From Clostridia bacterium (lineage in GTDB: Bacteria; Bacillota; Clostridia; Oscillospirales; CAG-272): a stretch of 56,717 bases of DNA. Below are positions 54,956 to 56,717 of this stretch, piece by piece. Each line of letters opens with the position of its first letter. Position 1 is the stretch's first letter. Both the position numbers and the translations under genes were made by a program. Below the pieces are notes generated by a model. The model saw only the letters and a program-made list of their open reading frames with translations. It did not search any database and was not told where the DNA came from. The DNA is taken from assembly GCA_017935225.1 (NCBI GenBank), contig JAGBIA010000109.1, positions 1 through 56,717 of the forward strand, given 5' to 3'.

Positions 54956-55963
54956 ATGAACAAGACCTTCGCACCCGAGGGCTACCGCCCTCAGCTCGAT
55001 GCCTACCAGACGCAGAGAGCGATCGAATACATCAAAAGAACTTTTCAGGCTGAGTTTTCCTCGGCTCTTCACTTAAAGAGAGTTACCGCTCCCCTCTTCG
55101 TTGCCGAGAATTCCGGTCTTAACGACAACCTCTCGGGCAAGGAGCGCCCCGTATCCTTCGATATCCCCGCGATCGGTCTTGACGCGCAGGTCGTTCACTC
55201 GCTTGCAAAGTGGAAGAGACTCGCGCTCAAGAGATACAATTTCGGTGTCGGTGACGGACTCTACACAGATATGAACGCTATCCGCCGCGACGAGTGGCTC
55301 GATAACGTGCACTCTATATACGTTGACCAGTGGGACTGGGAAAAGATAATCACTCGCGAGACGAGAAATATGGATTATCTCAAGCTCATCGTTACCGCGA
55401 TCGTTGAGGCTATCTGCAACACCAACGACCGCCTGCGCGTGCGCTTCCCTCAGCTCACGACCGAGCTTTGCCGCAAGGTCTCCTTTATCACGACGCAGGA
55501 GCTTGAGGATCTCTACCCCGACCTTTCGGGCAACGAGCGCGAGAACGCGTATCTGCGCGAGCACAAGACTGCGTTTATTATGCAGATCGGCGGTGCGCTC
55601 CGCTCGGGCAAGCCGCACGATAACCGCGCACCCGACTACGACGACTGGTCTCTCAACGGCGATATCTTCTTCTGGGATGACGTGCTTGACAGAGCGCTTG
55701 AGATCTCCTCGATGGGTATCCGCGTTGACGCGGAGACTCTCGACCGCCAGCTCACGATAGCAGGCTGTGACGATCGCCGCGCGCTTCCCTTCCATCAGAT
55801 GCTGCTCAACGACGAGCTCCCCCTCACCATCGGCGGCGGTATCGGTCAGTCGCGCCTTTGTATGCTTATGATGGGCTGTGCTCACATCGGCGAGGTGCAG
55901 TCGAGCATTTGGGACAGCGAAACTATCCGCATCTGCGAGGAAAACGGTATACCGTTGCTTTAA
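54956..55963 (+). CDS. asnA: Aspartate--ammonia ligase (asparagine synthetase A)
   Basis: ATG 54956 (the track ORF starts at 54887). QTQRAIEYIKRTFQ, VTAPLFV, VDQWDWEK, GGGIGQSRLCMLML-like motifs. About 336 aa. Confidence 0.9.
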   Translation: MNKTFAPEGYRPQLDAYQTQRAIEYIKRTFQAEFSSALHLKRVTAPLFVAENSGLNDNLSGKERPVSFDIPAIGLDAQVVHSLAKWKRLALKRYNFGVGDGLYTDMNAIRRDEWLDNVHSIYVDQWDWEKIITRETRNMDYLKLIVTAIVEAICNTNDRLRVRFPQLTTELCRKVSFITTQELEDLYPDLSGNERENAYLREHKTAFIMQIGGALRSGKPHDNRAPDYDDWSLNGDIFFWDDVLDRALEISSMGIRVDAETLDRQLTIAGCDDRRALPFHQMLLNDELPLTIGGGIGQSRLCMLMMGCAHIGEVQSSIWDSETIRICEENGIPLL

Positions 55964-55983
55964 CGTATTTAATATAGAAGCAG

Positions 55984-56028
55984 AAAACGCACCTTTGTCG
56001 GTAGACAAAAGTGCGTTTTTTATTGTCT
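55984..56028 (+). terminator. Intrinsic terminator after asnA; direct-repeat copy 1
   Basis: AAAACGCACCTTTGTC-GGTA-GACAAAAGTGCGTTTTTT. Repeated at 56605-56649 with one mismatch. Confidence 0.8.
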
Positions 56029-56080
56029 TAAACGTTCTAAATGAGGTAAGAACGAACAAAAGGTGTCCTATGAAGATTTA

Positions 56081-56359
56081 TCATTTTTTTGAGAATTTGT
56101 TAAAATACTTTTCAAGTTTTCTTTCAATGAGAGGAGTATATTTTTTATCTAATGCTTTGAAAATAAAGTGCAAGATAATTTCTAATACGATGAATAAAGC
56201 AAAATATCCTCCGATTGTGATCGCATAATATTGCCAAGGAAACGAATTCATTAGGCCGATTATGAGAAACAAGACCGGAAGCGCTAAAAATTCAATAACA
56301 TCAAATATTATCATTCCGATGTAAAGAATATTGCCGATAAAATTCAAAAGCTTGTTCAT
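56081..56359 (-). CDS. Small hypothetical membrane protein in a visibly AT-rich segment
   Basis: ATG 56359 (MNKLLNFIGNILYIGMIIF...). About three hydrophobic helices and a basic C-terminus. Its composition is much more AT-rich than the flanking genes. Confidence 0.6.
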   Translation of the reverse strand: MNKLLNFIGNILYIGMIIFDVIEFLALPVLFLIIGLMNSFPWQYYAITIGGYFALFIVLEIILHFIFKALDKKYTPLIERKLEKYFNKFSKK

Positions 56360-56430
56360 ATAGCACCGCCTTTTACGAGCATTATACCACACCATTGAAA
56401 ATAAATCAAGGCGCAGCCGTACATATTTTC

Positions 56431-56601
56431 AATGATGCATCGCCTGCGGCGATATGATGTTTTTCGCTTCGCTCAAAATGATGTTGCTCCCTTTGGTCGC
56501 AATGATGCGATGTTTGCCCAATGTGCCGTCAGGCACACATCATTAGGCGAAGCCGTCATCATTGGCGGAGCCAACATCATTTGCCGTAGGCAAACATCAT
56601 T
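56431..56601. repeat. Iteron-like array: 4 forward AATGATG-headed units plus 4 inverted CATCATT-tailed units
   Basis: ATGATG at 56432, 56454, 56478 and 56502. CATCAT at 56538, 56557, 56575 and 56595. The units carry mini-hairpins (ATCGCC-TGC-GGCGAT, GGC-GAA-GCC, TTGGC-GGA-GCCAA, TTTGCC-GTA-GGCAAA). Central hairpin TGTGCC-GTCA-GGCACA. Confidence 0.8.
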
Positions 56602-56604
56602 CAA

Positions 56605-56649
56605 AAAACGCACCTTTGTCGGTAGACAAAAGTGCGTTTTTTGTTGTCT
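56605..56649 (+). repeat. Direct-repeat copy 2 of the asnA terminator
   Basis: Same 45-bp sequence as 55984-56028, except for A/G at one position. Confidence 0.85.
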
Positions 56650-56717
56650 ATGGGCTACAAAAAGATATTTTCGTTAGTTTTGTGCATGAATTTGAACTCT
56701 CACAAAAAATGATATAT

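Noticed and set aside
56431-56601. CRISPR array.
   Set aside because: The repeated core is only 7 nt, the units are 18-24 bp and the orientation inverts halfway. There are no unique spacers of CRISPR size and no cas genes in the window.

Overview
This 56.7-kb window looks like a Firmicutes/Clostridia chromosome. The evidence is repeated TTGACA-17-TGnTATAAT sigma-A promoters, GGAGG-type RBSs, lipoboxes and a tiny YjcZ-like Cys-rich peptide. Ordinary housekeeping genes occupy the rest of the window: prfB; U32 peptidase-uppP-Toprim-tcdA-flavin reductase; an RluA-family synthase-DUF3810-murA; a proA cluster; DAHP synthase; lepA; tRNA-Leu(UAG); pnuC; a split HMA / P1B-ATPase pair with arsR; and asnA. 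More than half of the window is taken up by two tandem expansions of predicted cell-surface proteins.

(1) 1.7-12.6 kb, plus strand: six co-transcribed BspA-type LRR proteins. Most share an almost nucleotide-identical 5' module (TM anchor plus juxtamembrane motif), and all share a C-terminal W..CTDG cap. The operon sits behind a promoter followed by a leader terminator.

(2) 30.5-51.6 kb, minus strand: 16 co-directional paralogues of a right-handed beta-helix (Pectate_lyase_3-like) protein.
- Ten are long forms with a signal peptide (nine with lipoboxes) and a SAF-like N-terminal domain.
- Six are short, signal-less copies that start exactly at the beta-helix domain.
- The array shows a repeated two-gene (B->A) duplication unit, mosaic (gene-conversion-like) paralogues and a reiterated terminator-hairpin/-35 fusion module.
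- I consider this array the best candidate for an undescribed system (surface variation or glycan depolymerase). No recombinase, reverse transcriptase or transposase is visible in the window.

Other notable signals:
- a cluster of six DnaA boxes next to an AT-rich tract
- a 120-bp repeat family, one copy of which lies between a 22-bp duplication of the tRNA-Leu 5' end
- an AT-rich membrane-protein cassette flanked by 45-bp direct repeats and carrying an AATGATG/CATCATT iteron-like array
- a prfB gene without the programmed frameshift

All functional calls come from by-eye motif recognition. No database search was run.
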